DNA of 63,989 nucleotides, filler included, from Pelomyxa schiedti (taxonomy: Eukaryota; Protista; Evosea): the NCBI GenBank assembly GCA_020536535.1. It is 7 parts of 7 records of this genome, joined end to end, with 100 filler letters (N's around TTAATTAATTAA, not from the genome) between each part and the next. Parts side by side here need not be neighbours in the genome. Positions count along the whole stretch, not along the records: positions 39,196 to 58,174 come from JAHLWZ010000227.1; positions 58,275 to 62,072 come from JAHLWZ010001680.1; positions 62,173 to 63,989 come from JAHLWZ010002254.1; 4 more parts are not named here. The stretch is one strand, 5' to 3'. A program made the position numbers and the translations under genes. How positions within the stretch are numbered: the stretch's first letter is position 1; each line of letters opens with the position of its first letter. Below, piece by piece: positions 48,242 through 63,989 of the stretch. The notes beneath the pieces are model-generated. The model was not told where the DNA came from, did no database searches, and saw nothing but the letters and a program-made list of their open reading frames with translations.

Positions 48242-51200
48242 TTAGAAGCTGAAGTCCACAAAGTTGGTGAGGATTTCAGTTGCAATTTGCACCCGCTCTC
48301 TCAGTAGCAGTACTTTCTTGTCATCGCCCAGCATAACACTTCCTTTGCCTGTTGTTGTTGCCAGTGACTTGGGTCCAAAGTGCTGCATCAAGAACAGAAG
48401 TATCCCGTGTGACAGTGCCTTTGTTCTCTTGAGTGCCCTGTCGAACTGGTCCTCCTGCCCATCCTCACTGTAATTCTCCTCTTCCTGAAGCCATTCCTCC
48501 ACAGCCGGGTCCAATTCTCCCCTCTCGCTCCACTTGTTGCTGTTGTTTCTTCCTCCTTCTTCACCTTCTTCTCCATCGTCAGAATCTCCCTCAAACTCAT
48601 CCTCCTCCTCGTCGTCATCATCAGGTTGATTGTTGCCGGACCCGGAATCATCATCGGCTCCTTTGCGGCTTCTGTGCTTGCGATGGGGGTGCCGGCCAGG
48701 ATCAAGTACTACGGAATTGAACACTTCAGATACTACGGCTGTTTCGAAGGAAGTGAGGAGCGTGGCGAAGAAGAACTTCCAGAAGAATATGCTGTTGGTG
48801 GATATGTCTTCGAAGTGGTCAACCTGCGGTGATGATGAGAAATTTCAGTCCGAAGCAGAGCGGAACATACTTTGATACAGGTTAGGTTCAGAACTCTGTG
48901 GCCGATCAAGTTTGCATAGAGCTTGGCAAGGTTGGTCAGTTCTTGCTGCGTCGATGTACTACAGAGTTTAATGCGGTCCCACCAACAGAACTGAAAGAAA
49001 TTAGGGCATGCTGTAACCAAGTTTTGGCAGTAACCTTGAAACTTTTGCAGAATTGTTTATCTTGCTGGCACAACTTCAGGGAAACCCAGAAATAATAGGC
49101 GTTGTAGGCTTTTTCCTTTTTTTTTTTGAATATCTTAAGTCAACTTATTCCCTTGTACCTTCTGACATAGATATATTATTATTTGAGCAATGTCGTTAGT
49201 ACGTCGTCCTTTAAGACCCATGTGCAACAGTTTATTTACAGCTTCCATATAATCCTTGAATGAAGGTTGGTATCACCGAAATAAGGTGGAAGGGGTGCCT
49301 ACACTACAAGAAAGCAGCGTACAGAACACAGCTTTTTGAGAATCTGTGTTCATGTGATGTTGTTTTGCGAGAATGTGAAGAGGCTCAGTGGCTGTAGCAG
49401 GTGCTGCCGCCGTGCTGCTCATTTTTTTGGTATTTGCAGAGCCACTGATCGGGGTAGTAAATGCTGATCCTATCATCCACCATCTACCTGAGAAAAAGAT
49501 GAGCACAACGACAAAGTGTTGAGGGAAAACCTGTTTTGTTTGGTGAGATGAGATCTTCCCACGAGATTTTCAGTTCGTTGTCGCCAAGGTAACCACCTGC
49601 AAGCATTGAATAACAGTGAAAAAAAAAGGAGGATTGAGGTACCGTGCTTAATGAGAAACACGTAAATGGACTTCCAGATATTGTCAAAAATCGGTTTATA
49701 TTCAGAGTCATATGGCCTGTTGTTCTTCAATGCAAATAACGATTCTAGCATGAAATTCATCCGGATACTGGGAATGCCTTGGAAAGAGTGATTAACATTT
49801 TATGTGTTTTGAAGAAATTCTCACTGGCTAGCTTCGAAACCCTCTGCTGCACAAGAAGGACAATGCTTTTCAAAGCAATGGGATCATCTTTTCGCAACTG
49901 TTGTCCACAGTCTATAATTAATTGGTTGGGAAGGGAAGAAAGAAAGGAAAAGTACGTTGAACAAGAAGAAGTAACAAATTAGTATCATCTTCTGTGAGGG
50001 TTGTAACAAGTTGGCGGATAATACCATAAATGATTTGGCAATGTATAATCTAAAAAGTGTGGGATAAACTCTGTGTTAAGGGAGAGGTTACCTTGAAGTT
50101 ATAAAGATAAGTAAATAAAAGTATCATTGAGGTGCAGTCCTTTCCCTCCGTATACCTAGTTTGGAATTGAGTTGCCAGAAGCTCCAAGAAAGTGGCACCT
50201 GAGGATTTAAGGAGTGGAAAAAAATCGGGGTGAAAAAGTTTACCTACATCTATCCCAACAAGGGTGTGTAATACAGATAGAAAGGCCACATGCGTAATGA
50301 TGTGCTTTGCCATAATTTTTCCAGTCATAAAATTGCAACTGTCGAGTATGGCCTGATTAAGAATCTCAGAGACATCTGGGAAAAATAATGAGAGGGGGCG
50401 AATGAAACGATAAATTACCGGCAAATGCATTGGTGGAAAACAGCTTTTGAGCTTCTTCAGCTAGTTTCACAAGATTTGCGTCGGCAATCCTACGAATAGT
50501 TCAGCGTTAACATAAAAACCTTGTTCCTCACCTATTAACAATTCCACGCACTTGACGGGCAACAATTTGATTAATCTGTCTAGGAGCAAGACGTAAATGA
50601 GGTGGCGTGTACTTTCCCTGTGGTGCTGGACTTGATTGAGCCGTATTTGGGAGTATTGGAGGTAGGCTTGTTGGTTGAGCCAGAAGGCTCCCTTCTTGAT
50701 CAAAAGCAGGGGAAACAGGGCCAGCTGATTGTGGCGGCTCCACTGTACTTTCAAAAACTGTGGCTTCATCTTCATCTTCTTCATCATATTCGTCTGGTTC
50801 CTCTTCATTCTCATCATCATCATCCTCATCTTCCTCTTCATAAGCTTCTTCATCGTCATCCCTCTTTTTGGTTGGTTTTTCATGTTGACTGGATTCAGCA
50901 TCCTCTTCTGGTGAGTTATATGAGTTCTAGTTATACTTAATAATGTTTACCTTCTTCACTTTCACCACTCAGTGAATAATCGCTTTTTTCCTCATCAGAT
51001 TCTTCACCCAGTAAATCTATGTACACAATAAGACCAACAATCGTAGGTAATGATTCGTACATGCAAGTCCATCAATTTTGAATTGTTTTGGGAGAGGTGC
51101 CCCTTTTTTAATATGCAACTTGCTCTCTAGATTGGCCAACTCCTTCTCTTCCGGTGTGAGAGCCTGATATATTTTTAGCTTGATGATGTAACATCTCACA

Positions 51201-52458
51201 TTACAGTTCTTCTCTTCTTAGGTGATGGGGCAACAGCAACGTTTTGTTCCTCTTCACTAGCAGACTCGCCATCGAAGAAATCTTCATTGCCACTGGATTC
51301 CTCATCACTAACTTCATAGGTGCCACCTTCATCGAGGTCTGTGTCGTTTTCGGAGTCATCCCCGCCCTGTGAAGTTCGGAAGGATTTATCTCGAGCGAGA
51401 ACTGAAGGTGTTGTCTTTGGAACTGGGGCAGGAAATTTTGTGGTTTTACTGGGAATCTTGGCTGCAGTGGTTTTTTGTGGGATTTTGTTTGGCTCAATCT
51501 TTCTTTTTTGTGGTTGTTGCTTCGTTGGTGGGCTGGCGAGGGTGGCATCTGGTTTGCTTGTGGATAGTTTCGGTATTGGTGCTGCAGTATTAGTTGGAAT
51601 GCCTTTTGCCTGATTATGGTGTTGTGTATTCACTTGTTTTTGGCTGAGTCGCTGTGGTCTATTTTGACGCGATTGAAGCTGTTGCTGCCTTCTTTCTTCT
51701 GCAGCCTTTTGCTTTTGAATTCGTTCTTCTTGCTTTCTATTCCATTCTTGGCGGGCTCTTTCGATTGCCATCTTTTTCCTTGCCCTAAATTCGGCCTTCT
51801 GGTCCATATCAATTTTTCCCTTTAAGGGCCTTCCACGTAGAACCTTTCTGGATACCTACAACCCAATATCAGCATCCCAAAAACACAAGACAAACTATAT
51901 TAAACCAAAACAAAAGGCACACAACCCATAATTACAACTGGTCAACTAACACCCCGACCCCACCACCCACGCCACGCCACACATCAACGCTCGCGCACAC
52001 GCACACGCACGCACCTTTAGAGCCACGCCCAGAGGCAGCACCTTGTTCAAATGGGGCACCCACACCCCGTTGCCCCCGACCCCGACCCCCGCCACCATCC
52101 CTGGCAGCAGCTTGGCCCGCTTCTTCCCCCCCTTCCCCGTCTGCCCCGGGCCCCACCCCCCTGCCCCTCCCTCCCCTTGCTCCCCATCCCCATCCCCATC
52201 CCCAACCATGCGGGGCACCGGGGCGATGGCCAGGAGGCTCGACTCCACCCCGCTCCCGATCCCCATCCCCATCCCCGTCCCAGTACCCGTGCCCAGGCCC
52301 CCTGCGTCTTCCCCGGCGCCACCCCCGCTGCGGGTGGTACCTGCCCCGCCGCCGCGCCCCCCGCGACCGCCGCGTCCGCGCCCCGCGCCGGCGAAGGACC
52401 TCGTCCCCTGCGGTGCTCCAACAGTGCTGCTGCCGCCGAGTCGTCTCGCGCCCCTCAT
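48242..52458 (-). CDS. NOM1: Nucleolar MIF4G/MA3 protein NOM1 (Sgd1), multi-exon
   Basis: LPKQFKIDGL, GKYTPPHLR...RQVRGIVNRL, FMLESLFALKNN, GRWWMIGSA, HMNTDSQKAVFC, FQFCWWD, NLAKLYA; Gly/Arg-rich first exon splices in phase 0 (GVALK|VSRKV). Confidence 0.88.
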
Positions 52459-52637
52459 AGCCCCAGCCCCTGTGTGCTCGGTTTTTTGATTTGTTGCCGA
52501 ACAATGTTCGGTAGTCGAAATTAGCCGAAGTGCAACTGCGCTGGTGGGGTAGAGTAAGAGGGTTTCTCCAGGTTTTTTATTTCATTTGAGAGGTAAGTGG
52601 TGAAGGGTGAGGACCCTCGACACAGACCGGTCTGTGT

Positions 52638-55803
<3,166 letters not shown>

Positions 55804-56019
55804 TTATTGTTTAGTGAATTGTTTATCTGATCGTTTCTACCAGAATTTTCCCTTGGGCACCCAGGAGTCTTTGCAACCATCTTGCGAGGCACATAAAAAA
55901 AAACACTTCCCCATCTCCTTCAAGGCTCCCCTCGGTTCAGTCAATTCTCAGCCTTTCAACAAAATAAAAAATCGATTCCCTTCTGTGAAGTCAAAAAGCT
56001 GATTGAAATCTCTTGGTGT

Positions 56020-58174
56020 ATGGCGGGACACACGACTGGCGTGGGGGGTGGCAGTGGCCTCACCAGTTCCGCTGCCCTTATGGGATCCGCGATTGGAGAC
56101 GCCAGCGACGCGGCACCAACTTGGTGCCTGTCGTGCGGCTCGCCGTTTGACCTCGACTCACGAAGGCCAATGCTCCTTGACGTTTGTTCGCTCCTTATTA
56201 TAATATATATAAATATATTTAGAAAATTTTCGTCTTCGAAAAGCAGGCTGTGATATTAATGTGGTCTTGGGGAGAGGACAGTTACGTCAATTCTTCGAAC
56301 TAATAACTACAACACTAGTGCGGAGACAATATATGTTTGAAGTGTTTAACACGATTGTGTGCTGTTCAATCACTGGGTGGCATGAAGCAGCTGCCAGAGT
56401 TGGCTTATCCCACAGCAACGAAAACCACAACAACCACAACAAGTTCTTCAAGCGCCACCACTGGTATACCACTGCCAATCGTCAAGCTGGAGTTCCCATG
56501 CTACCCTCTGGATGTAGAGTGCCCTAAATGTCAATTACATAGCAAAACAAGAGAAGGCATATCACACTTCAAAGAAAATTCTCAGCTGGTGGCCGACCTT
56601 GAGAGCCGTGGTGTGTATTCCAATCAAAGTTATAGTCACCATGCCTAACATTGGACAAACAAAAACAACAGCCAAAGGTCCTGCATGCATTGAATGCAAC
56701 AGGTTGGATGTGGAGTTAGGAGGTCATTTTTCCCTAGTTTCAAAAGTTTTTATTCACCACCGACTCACGCACAGAATGCAGCCGGTGTGGTGATGTATTT
56801 TGTGTGAAGCACTTTGATGAACTCCACAGTACAAATCAAAAGAAGACACACAAACTGCTCCCAATCACTTCCAATTCTGCTGTGAATGAATGTACAATGC
56901 CCTGCCACATTGTCAAGCTAACAGGCACTTAGATTTCTGTCCAAAGCATCCAAGGAAACAGAAAGACCTGTTTTGCGTTGATGACAACTGCCTTGTTTGT
57001 GCATCTTGCGCTTTTTCAAAGCACAGGGGTCACAGCTGCGTTCCAATTGAAGATTATACCCAACAAGGAGTTTCTAAAATTCCACCAGCCATGGACCAAG
57101 TTACAAGGACATTAGAAGAAATAAGAACAGCAATGACAGTAGTAGAGGACACAGAGCGCTCAATTAATAAGGTGTTTGCGGAAATAGTGGGAGACTATAT
57201 TGACAGTCGCAAAAAAGAAATTCCAGATGTTTGAAGATGATGTGAAGGTAGCACGTGCACAATTAATTGAGCAAGTTACATTTCGGACAGAAACCCTCCT
57301 GGAAGAGTCACTGTCTGTTAAAGCGTACAAAGGTAACTTCCGAAAAAATTCAAAACAATACAAAAAAAAAAAAACAGCTCATCAATTCAAGTTCGAAGAC
57401 TGGAAGAACAAAAGAAATTACTTACTGTAGTACTGAGCCAAATGCAAGAATTACACCAGGCTGGTACAGTCAATTTACAAGCAAAGCCGCCGGATCCCTT
57501 AAAATTGCTTGATTCATACCAATCCCTTTTATCCATATCTAAGGTAAGCCCAATCCTTTTTGAACAACAACAACTAAAACACCGCAAGGAGACACAAGGC
57601 TCCCTGCCTCTGGTTCCAGTTGAAAGCGATAATATCACTCAAAGTATTGACATCACAACAATCGAGAAGGCAGTGAAAACCATGGGGATTGTATCCTGCG
57701 GCAAGGCCATCACCCCTCCCACCCAGCAACATCCAAAAGTGCTTCTGAAGCTATGGGGTGCCGCCGGCGGCTCCGGCGACAATCATACTGAATACCTGGT
57801 TGCCGGAACCGGCGGATTCACAGAGGCCGAATTCTCAGTGCCCAGCGGCACAGAGCTCAGCATTATGGTTGGACAAGGAGGGGAGAGCGGGCACCACGCC
57901 GGGACCACTTCCCGGTATGGAGGGGGAGGCCCAGGAGGCGATAATGGGAGCTACAACGGGTGCAGCGGCGGAGGAGGGACATTCGTGTTCACCGGCGAGA
58001 GCCTGGAGTCTGGGGAGGTGCTGGCGGCGGCAGTGGTTTTTGGGGGGCAGTTGATGTGGATGTTGTCGTGGTTGTTGCTGTAATAAGGTGGGTGATAATA
58101 CTGGCGATGGTGGCTTGTTTGGAGCAGAGGCTGGTCGCGGTGGAGGGGCCACTCTCTGCGTTGTTGTTGATGTG
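56020..58174 (+). CDS. TRIM-like protein (degenerate RING, two B-boxes, coiled coil) with C-terminal glycine-rich domain; 3' truncated
   Basis: CLSCGSPFDLDSRRPMLL...CPKC; CIEC...CSRCGDVFCVKH...H; CPKHPRKQKDLFCVDDNCLVCASCAFSKHRGH; LWGAAGG...MVGQGG...YGGGGPGG...SGGGGTF. Confidence 0.75.
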
Positions 58175-58274
58175 NNNNNNNNNNNNNNNNNNNNNNNNNN
58201 NNNNNNNNNNNNNNNNNNTTAATTAATTAANNNNNNNNNNNNNNNNNNNNNNNNNNNNNNNNNNNNNNNNNNNN

Positions 58275-60082
58275 GTGCTTGGGGAGAAAGAGGGTCCGGG
58301 AGTTTCATTGACAAGCACACATAAACAGAAAAAAAGTCGAACCGGCCGGAAATCGATCCGGCGATCTCTGTTGTTTCGATCAGGTCCGAGTGAGGCGAAA
58401 AAACTTTTTGATTATCGAAAAAAACCGCGGTGGTGTTGTCAGTGCTGATGTTACATCGTCGTAGTCGGAGGAAATCAAAGCCACACAACTCAAAGAACAA
58501 CCAAAGTAGACGACAGAACTTGTTGCTAGCAATTGAGGCAAAACAGCAACAAAAGGCACTTCATTCAACACCAAAACAACAAAAAGATGCTGAAGAGTCA
58601 ACAGAGGGAATGGAGGTGTGTTTTTTAATCTTTTTTTTACTTTCAAGTGTCTTAGCAACATCATCAGCAAGACCAATCACCTGTTGTGTCAATAACCAGT
58701 CCTCTGATGTTATCTGATGGTGTTGGCAACTGTTCACAAATCTGTCAGCCACCATGCTCATTGTTGATCCAGCCATCATCCCCTTTTCTCTCATTAAGTC
58801 AACAAGTTTCTGTGATTAACCAGCAGTTGTTGTCAACAAAACCTCAAGTAAGTTTTTGGTATTTATAACCCCTAATCTCCTATAAGTCTCTTCATTTCCC
58901 AGTGATAAGTACACCAGAACATCTCAATTTATCTTGCAAAACACAGTCAGCTTCATGTGCAATGTCTTCAACTTTGTGTAAGAAACATAGAGTGGACTAC
59001 CTTCATCAAACAAACAAGTCTCGTGTGCTTCAGGCAGTTAAGACATCTTTACAACCTTGGTGTCATAACAGTGATTCACTTTTACAATTAACACAAGTAT
59101 ACACATTAAAAAGTACTGTAAACTTAAATAGCTATAGGATTTGTATTATTCTTTGAAAGGAAAAAAGAAAAAGCAACAACAAAGAATGAAAGAGCAAGCT
59201 AGTAACACTCTTTTTCAATTTTTTCACAATAAATCTGCTGGGGATTATTTTCTTTCACATTGTACTCTAAGCCAACTGGCTTGCCTATGTACTTTATGGT
59301 TACAACCTTGTGAGGTTCTTTTCAATAATATAATAGAGTTTTTCACAAATGTTAGGTTGTGGATCTAACTTAAGTTTACCTTTTATCTATTCTTGTCGAC
59401 AAAGATTACAATTAGTGTGTCAAATCCTCATTTGTTAATAGTAATCTCTTAAAAGTTACTTCAACAAGAAAACATTACTGCATGGCAAACTGAATGTCAA
59501 ACACTTGTGCAACAACATCGACAAAACACAGCACAAGGACAAAAGAACTTAGCAATAGAGAGTCATCTTTTGCAATGGTTAAGTGATGAACTTCATTCAT
59601 TTACTCCCTTGGGTATCAAAAAAAAACTGAGGGGGGTGAGGGGAGCAGGGGCGGGGGTGGCGGGGGGGAGAAAAAAAAACCAAGGGAGGCCCTGAGGGAG
59701 GTGAGAGTTCAAGGAATGTTTGACAAACATTTTTGTAGGTAAATCCACCAAACACCTAAAGTTTGGAACTTTTCATGTGGCATATGAGTCTTGGTGTTCT
59801 GATTGCGGAAGACAAAACAAAACCTCATTCTCTTATCCAAAGTTCTTAAGCATGGTACAACACATTACATTTTAAAGATTGAATAACAACAGTAGTGATT
59901 TTAGTGTAAAGAAAATCACTACTTACACACTATTAAACCTCCTAAGAAAACCACCAACTACCCTCACTCGGACCTGATCCAAACAACAGAGATCGCCGGA
60001 TCGATTTCCGGCCAGTTCGACTTTTTTTCTGTTTATGTGTGCTTGTCAATGAAACTCCCGGACCCTCTTTCTCCCCAAGCAC
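58275..60082. mobile_element. 121-bp inverted repeat pair (58275-58395 / 59962-60082) around ~1.57 kb of degenerate AT-rich sequence; possible non-autonomous TIR element
   Basis: The reverse complement of the left copy matches the right copy with 2 mismatches by eye; no transposase recognised. Confidence 0.55.
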
Positions 60083-62172
60083 GGAAGTGATTTGGAATCT
60101 TGCTCCTGTGAATTGTTGGCAATAACTTGTACAACACGATGGAAACACTTTCATTCAAGCCACACAACGCATTGCGTACGAGCACCAGTTACAATGTGAG
60201 CAGGAAACTCCGGCCCAAAGAATTTTATCAGAATTTTTTTTCGACCCTTTTAATCGAATTGTTTTGTCATGCACAATCAAACAGGTTTTTTGTAATCAAT
60301 TTAGGAGAATGATACACCTGAAAGACCAAAGTTCAAGGTTAAACTTGTTACATGAACAGTAATGAATGTAATCACTGTGGGTTGCCTTAGAGTGTGTTGG
60401 TAATGTTAGCATTCCTATCTTAAATAAACCTTATCAGTCATTGCTGTTACACTTTTACGTTTCATTAATTGTTGTAAAGGTGAGTTCTTTCTGGCATTTG
60501 AGTAATATTTTGGTGACTCAAACAGAATGCAAGAACTTCATGCAATTCATGACAGTCAAGCTCATCACATTTCAATGTCAGAAGTCTTTCCTCAGGTGCA
60601 CAATCTTCAAATTGGAATTGAGCCTTACCTATTGTGGATCAAAAACCATCATCTCTGCGAGTGCCAGCAGTGACTCTGAGGGTGCTAGTGATAGTGAAAG
60701 TCTGAGTAATGTTGAGAAACTCAGGGAAAAAAGCATCAAAAAGAAGGACACAGAAAACAGATAATTCACAGACATGAAGCTGCTTTCTGAGTTGTTCTCC
60801 AAAGGTTTTGTCAAGTGCATTGACAAGAGCAAGATTGAGAACATGAAGCCATGATGTTGTCATGACAGGATGTTGACCATCTCTGGTGGATTCATCAAAA
60901 TAGAGGTGGAAAGCTGGTACCTAGGAATCAGAGAAGAATGAAAGGTGATTAAATACATTCAGAACTCAAGGCTAGCACCTCAGGATCTTGTTGTTGACCA
61001 TCAATGAAAGGTCAAAGCACATGCTCTCATCTGAAGTCACACTTGAGTCTTACATACCAATTTCTTTTTCTGTTTTGCTGATCCTGCAAGAGTCCATTCA
61101 CCAGTTTCTTTGAGGAGAGGTGATGCCCTAGGATTTTCTCACAAATCCCTGTTGGTATTCTTACTTGTCAACCTCTAGAAAGTCAGAAAAAGGATGAGGG
61201 TGTAACATAACTCTTTCTAGTCAACCAAGACATAGCATTGGTGTTCTTGTACTCTTGCTGGTATTTATCCCATAAAGCAATTAACTCCAAGGTCTGGAAA
61301 GTTTCTTTTACTGAGTTTTGTAAAGAAAACAAAATTGAGGTAAAGTTACCTTCATGCTAAGACACCTGCACTCACATTGATAGATCCTTGATTTCAAAGC
61401 CATTAACACCAACCTGTTCTCACAAGGTGGAAAACTGTGATTGAGGCATTTGGTACTAGAACACCGGGAAGCATTGGCTCCCTTTCTCCGGTACATCTAC
61501 TACAACTGGAGATCCACAGAACAGGTGAAACGGTTTACTGCTGCCTCATTAGAGAAATGGCTTTCAGATCCAAACTTGATGATTCAACAGCTAATCTTGC
61601 TGGATTTCTCCCACTCTGTCTTTGACTTGGCCTACAAGTTAGCTGAGGGAGCTTCAACAGCACCAGTGTTTTTACCATCAACTTGCCTGCTGGGTTCAAG
61701 GCACATTTGATGGCCTCTGAAGTATGTTGGCTCAAAAAACAACTTGCTGCTACACTCAAAACTGGTATACAAGACAAAGCATAACTGAAGGAGGTTTCCT
61801 TGATAAATTTCGTTGTTATAGCCTCACACCACACAAATTGACTGAAGGTGTGCTCAGGGCAGCTGCTCATTGGTCATACAACCAGCTGAAAGCAGCTGAA
61901 AAAAAGCTGTTGTGTCATCAACAGAGTTTATTTTCTGAGTTGTTGCATCACATGTATGGTCTTGCTTCACCAGAGAAGAGATTACCCCTTGTGGAATTCC
62001 AATTTCCCCCACCAAAACATACAGTTCCTCTTGCTGTGTTGGTACCAATAGCTCCACCACCTCTAAGAGATGNNNNNNNNNNNNNNNNNNNNNNNNNNNN
62101 NNNNNNNNNNNNNNNNTTAATTAATTAANNNNNNNNNNNNNNNNNNNNNNNNNNNNNNNNNNNNNNNNNNNN

Positions 62173-62880
62173 ATAGGGTGACTTCAATGTTTGGGTCCTG
62201 CTGCAGCGGTGCTCGATCAAGGAGGGTCCGTTGCCAACAAAGAAGCGAAGAAAGAAGACAAGGTGATTCCACAGTGAGGCAAGTGATTTGTTGTTGCACA
62301 GCTCCCTGAAGACGCGTTGGTCACTCGGTATTTTCTCAACAAAGTCGACTGGAAGGCTATGTGTGTTTGGCTCGTTAGTGTCACTTTAGCAGTGCATTGT
62401 AATTGTACCGTTGGAGGACAAGAGAACCGAGAGGGTGAATCACGTTTGGGTGATCAGGGACCAGACACAGGTTCACACACTCAGCCATGTACCCTGCTTC
62501 AGCAGAGGCTGTTGTTGTGTGTTCTCCCAGTTGAAAAGAACCTTCATCAACATTGTATGCTCAACCGGTACATCAAGCATACATCAAGGTGGTACATGGA
62601 AACGGGATCACCGGCTTCAGAACCCATTTTGTCCCAGTTCTCCAAGTGAGGACACCGAACAGGGGCACTGCTCGAGCGAGGCAGCCTCGAACCAGTGCTG
62701 CGCGTAGTCGCTGGCGGCCACGCCGACGCCGTCGAGGAAGCACGCGGCGAGCCCCGCCATGGCCCGCTGGTGGCCGGCCACGGCCGCCCGCAGCAGCGCC
62801 GCCGAGGGGGCTGCCAGGGAAGGGACGCACGGGCCAGATACATGGCTTCCTCGTTGCCCTGGGCAGGCTACCCTCTCCTG
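62173..62880 (-). pseudogene. Degenerate Sel1-repeat plus kinase N-lobe gene
   Basis: LLRAAVAGHQRAMAGLAACFLDGVGVAASDYAQHWF; GSEAGDPVSMYHL; MKVLFNWEN.../YMAECVNLCLVPDHPNVIHPLG; several frameshifts. Confidence 0.55.
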
Positions 62881-63098
62881 AGGAAGTGGACGTAGGCGAC
62901 TGGACTCGATTCCTTCAGAATTGAAAACGAAATTTTTCCAAAACCAACAAAAAAAAGCGAAAACAGTGGCATTTATTTTCACATTACACTCTATGTTTGT
63001 GTGGGTTTGTTGAACAGCCTCTGGCGGTTCAGAAGTGGTTAAGAGGGTTTTTGCTCATCTGGGTTTTTTATTGGCTTCATCTTGAAATTGGTTCTCTC

Positions 63099-63989
63099 TC
63101 AGTCAGAGGCAGCAGATTTCTTCAAAAGGGATTCGAGCCGTGTGGCACACACCTGGAATGCTTTGTTGTTGTTGTTTTTTTTTGTTTTTGTTGGGTTTGT
63201 TCAGGAAAACAGAAAGGAACGAAAGAGAAGAAGCCAAACTTGGACGTGCGTGTCTGTCGTGAGCCCAGCAGTCAGAGGTCAAGGATGCGAGTTCGTCAGG
63301 AAAGCCTTCAAGTGGCAATCTCTGTTGGTGTGTGTGGGTGTTTGTCACAGTGTCAAACAAATTGGGGTGTGCTTTTGGGAGATACCTTTCCGGCAAGAAC
63401 AAATTCAGTTATTTCTGATGATGTTTGGTTGGTTGGTTCGATTATTTGTTTGGGAGGGGGTGTGTGGGAAGGAAATTCATACGCCAAAGGTTTGAGAACT
63501 CCGAGTAAGGTACTTTTCCTGTTGCAACTTGATACACAATCAGTGCAAAACTATTTTTTTTTTGTGTAACTTAGGAAAGGGAACACAATGTTTGATTGGT
63601 TGGTGTGCATGTGCGTGTGCATGCACAAGTTCAGATTCAATCTTCACACTCAAACACTCCCACACTCAACCCACACACACCTGTATACATCAGCACTCCA
63701 GGTGTACATGTTCGATGAAAGCAGTTCCTTTTTTTTGTTTTTGTTGATTGTGAGAGAGAGTTAGTTATTTTTGTTGGATACTCACAGGAGCCATAAATGC
63801 CGGTGTGCCAATCTGTGTGAATTGTAACATTCTTGGAGTGAGCCATAAGAATGCAAACGAGTTGAAAGAAATACCCCTTGTGTCAGGGCTTGTGTTTGTT
63901 GTGCTTGTGAAATGTTCCGAGATGTGCCGAAATCTTGAATGATGGCATGGTAAGTAAGTCTCACGCACACACACACAAAAAAAAAGGGC
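63099..63989 (-). CDS. TKL-type protein kinase, C-lobe exons only (5' end beyond the window)
   Basis: QDFGTSRNI, IGTPAFMAP|ELL, SADVYS, GKVPY, LTSDCWAHDRHARPS; GT-AG introns. Confidence 0.85.

Noticed and set aside
60400-62072. Transposase call for the coding-like fragments on scaffold F
   Set aside because: No DDE or zinc-finger motif could be identified by eye; left as unassigned decayed sequence.

Overview
Eukaryotic, intron-rich DNA with short GT-AG introns and compact intergenic spacers. The window is not one locus: it joins seven scaffolds (A 1-12647, B 12748-21937, C 22038-28695, D 28796-39095, E 39196-58174, F 58275-62072, G 62173-63989) with artificial 100-nt N/TTAATTAATTAA linkers, and has four plain 100-N gaps. 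The gene families recall the anaerobic amoeba Pelomyxa (Archamoebae); this is inference from memory and needs BLAST. Recognisable housekeeping genes are GALE, CCT2, ALG1, NOM1/Sgd1 and CDC5L. The rest is lineage-specific accessory content. The best candidate for an undescribed system is a tandem array of at least five (plus a remnant sixth) cell-surface or secreted protein genes on scaffold A. They share a signal peptide, a Cys-containing PPC-like beta domain, a Ser-rich stalk and an optional TM anchor. The four that keep them share a signal-exon intron, all five share two further intron positions, and all five carry a fixed-length (7 aa) hypervariable loop. Also present: six intronless members of an uncharacterised 'SPTLG/CNxKW' family (two tail-to-tail pairs), several unusual ubiquitin-system architectures (MORN-RING, Ubl-tandem kinase, ANK-F-box-TM, TRIM-like with Gly-rich tail), a bacterial-like GNAT, Sel1 proteins, kinase pseudogenes, a Gag-like remnant and a 121-bp inverted repeat. 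No rRNA, tRNA or CRISPR could be supported. Exon boundaries were inferred by eye.
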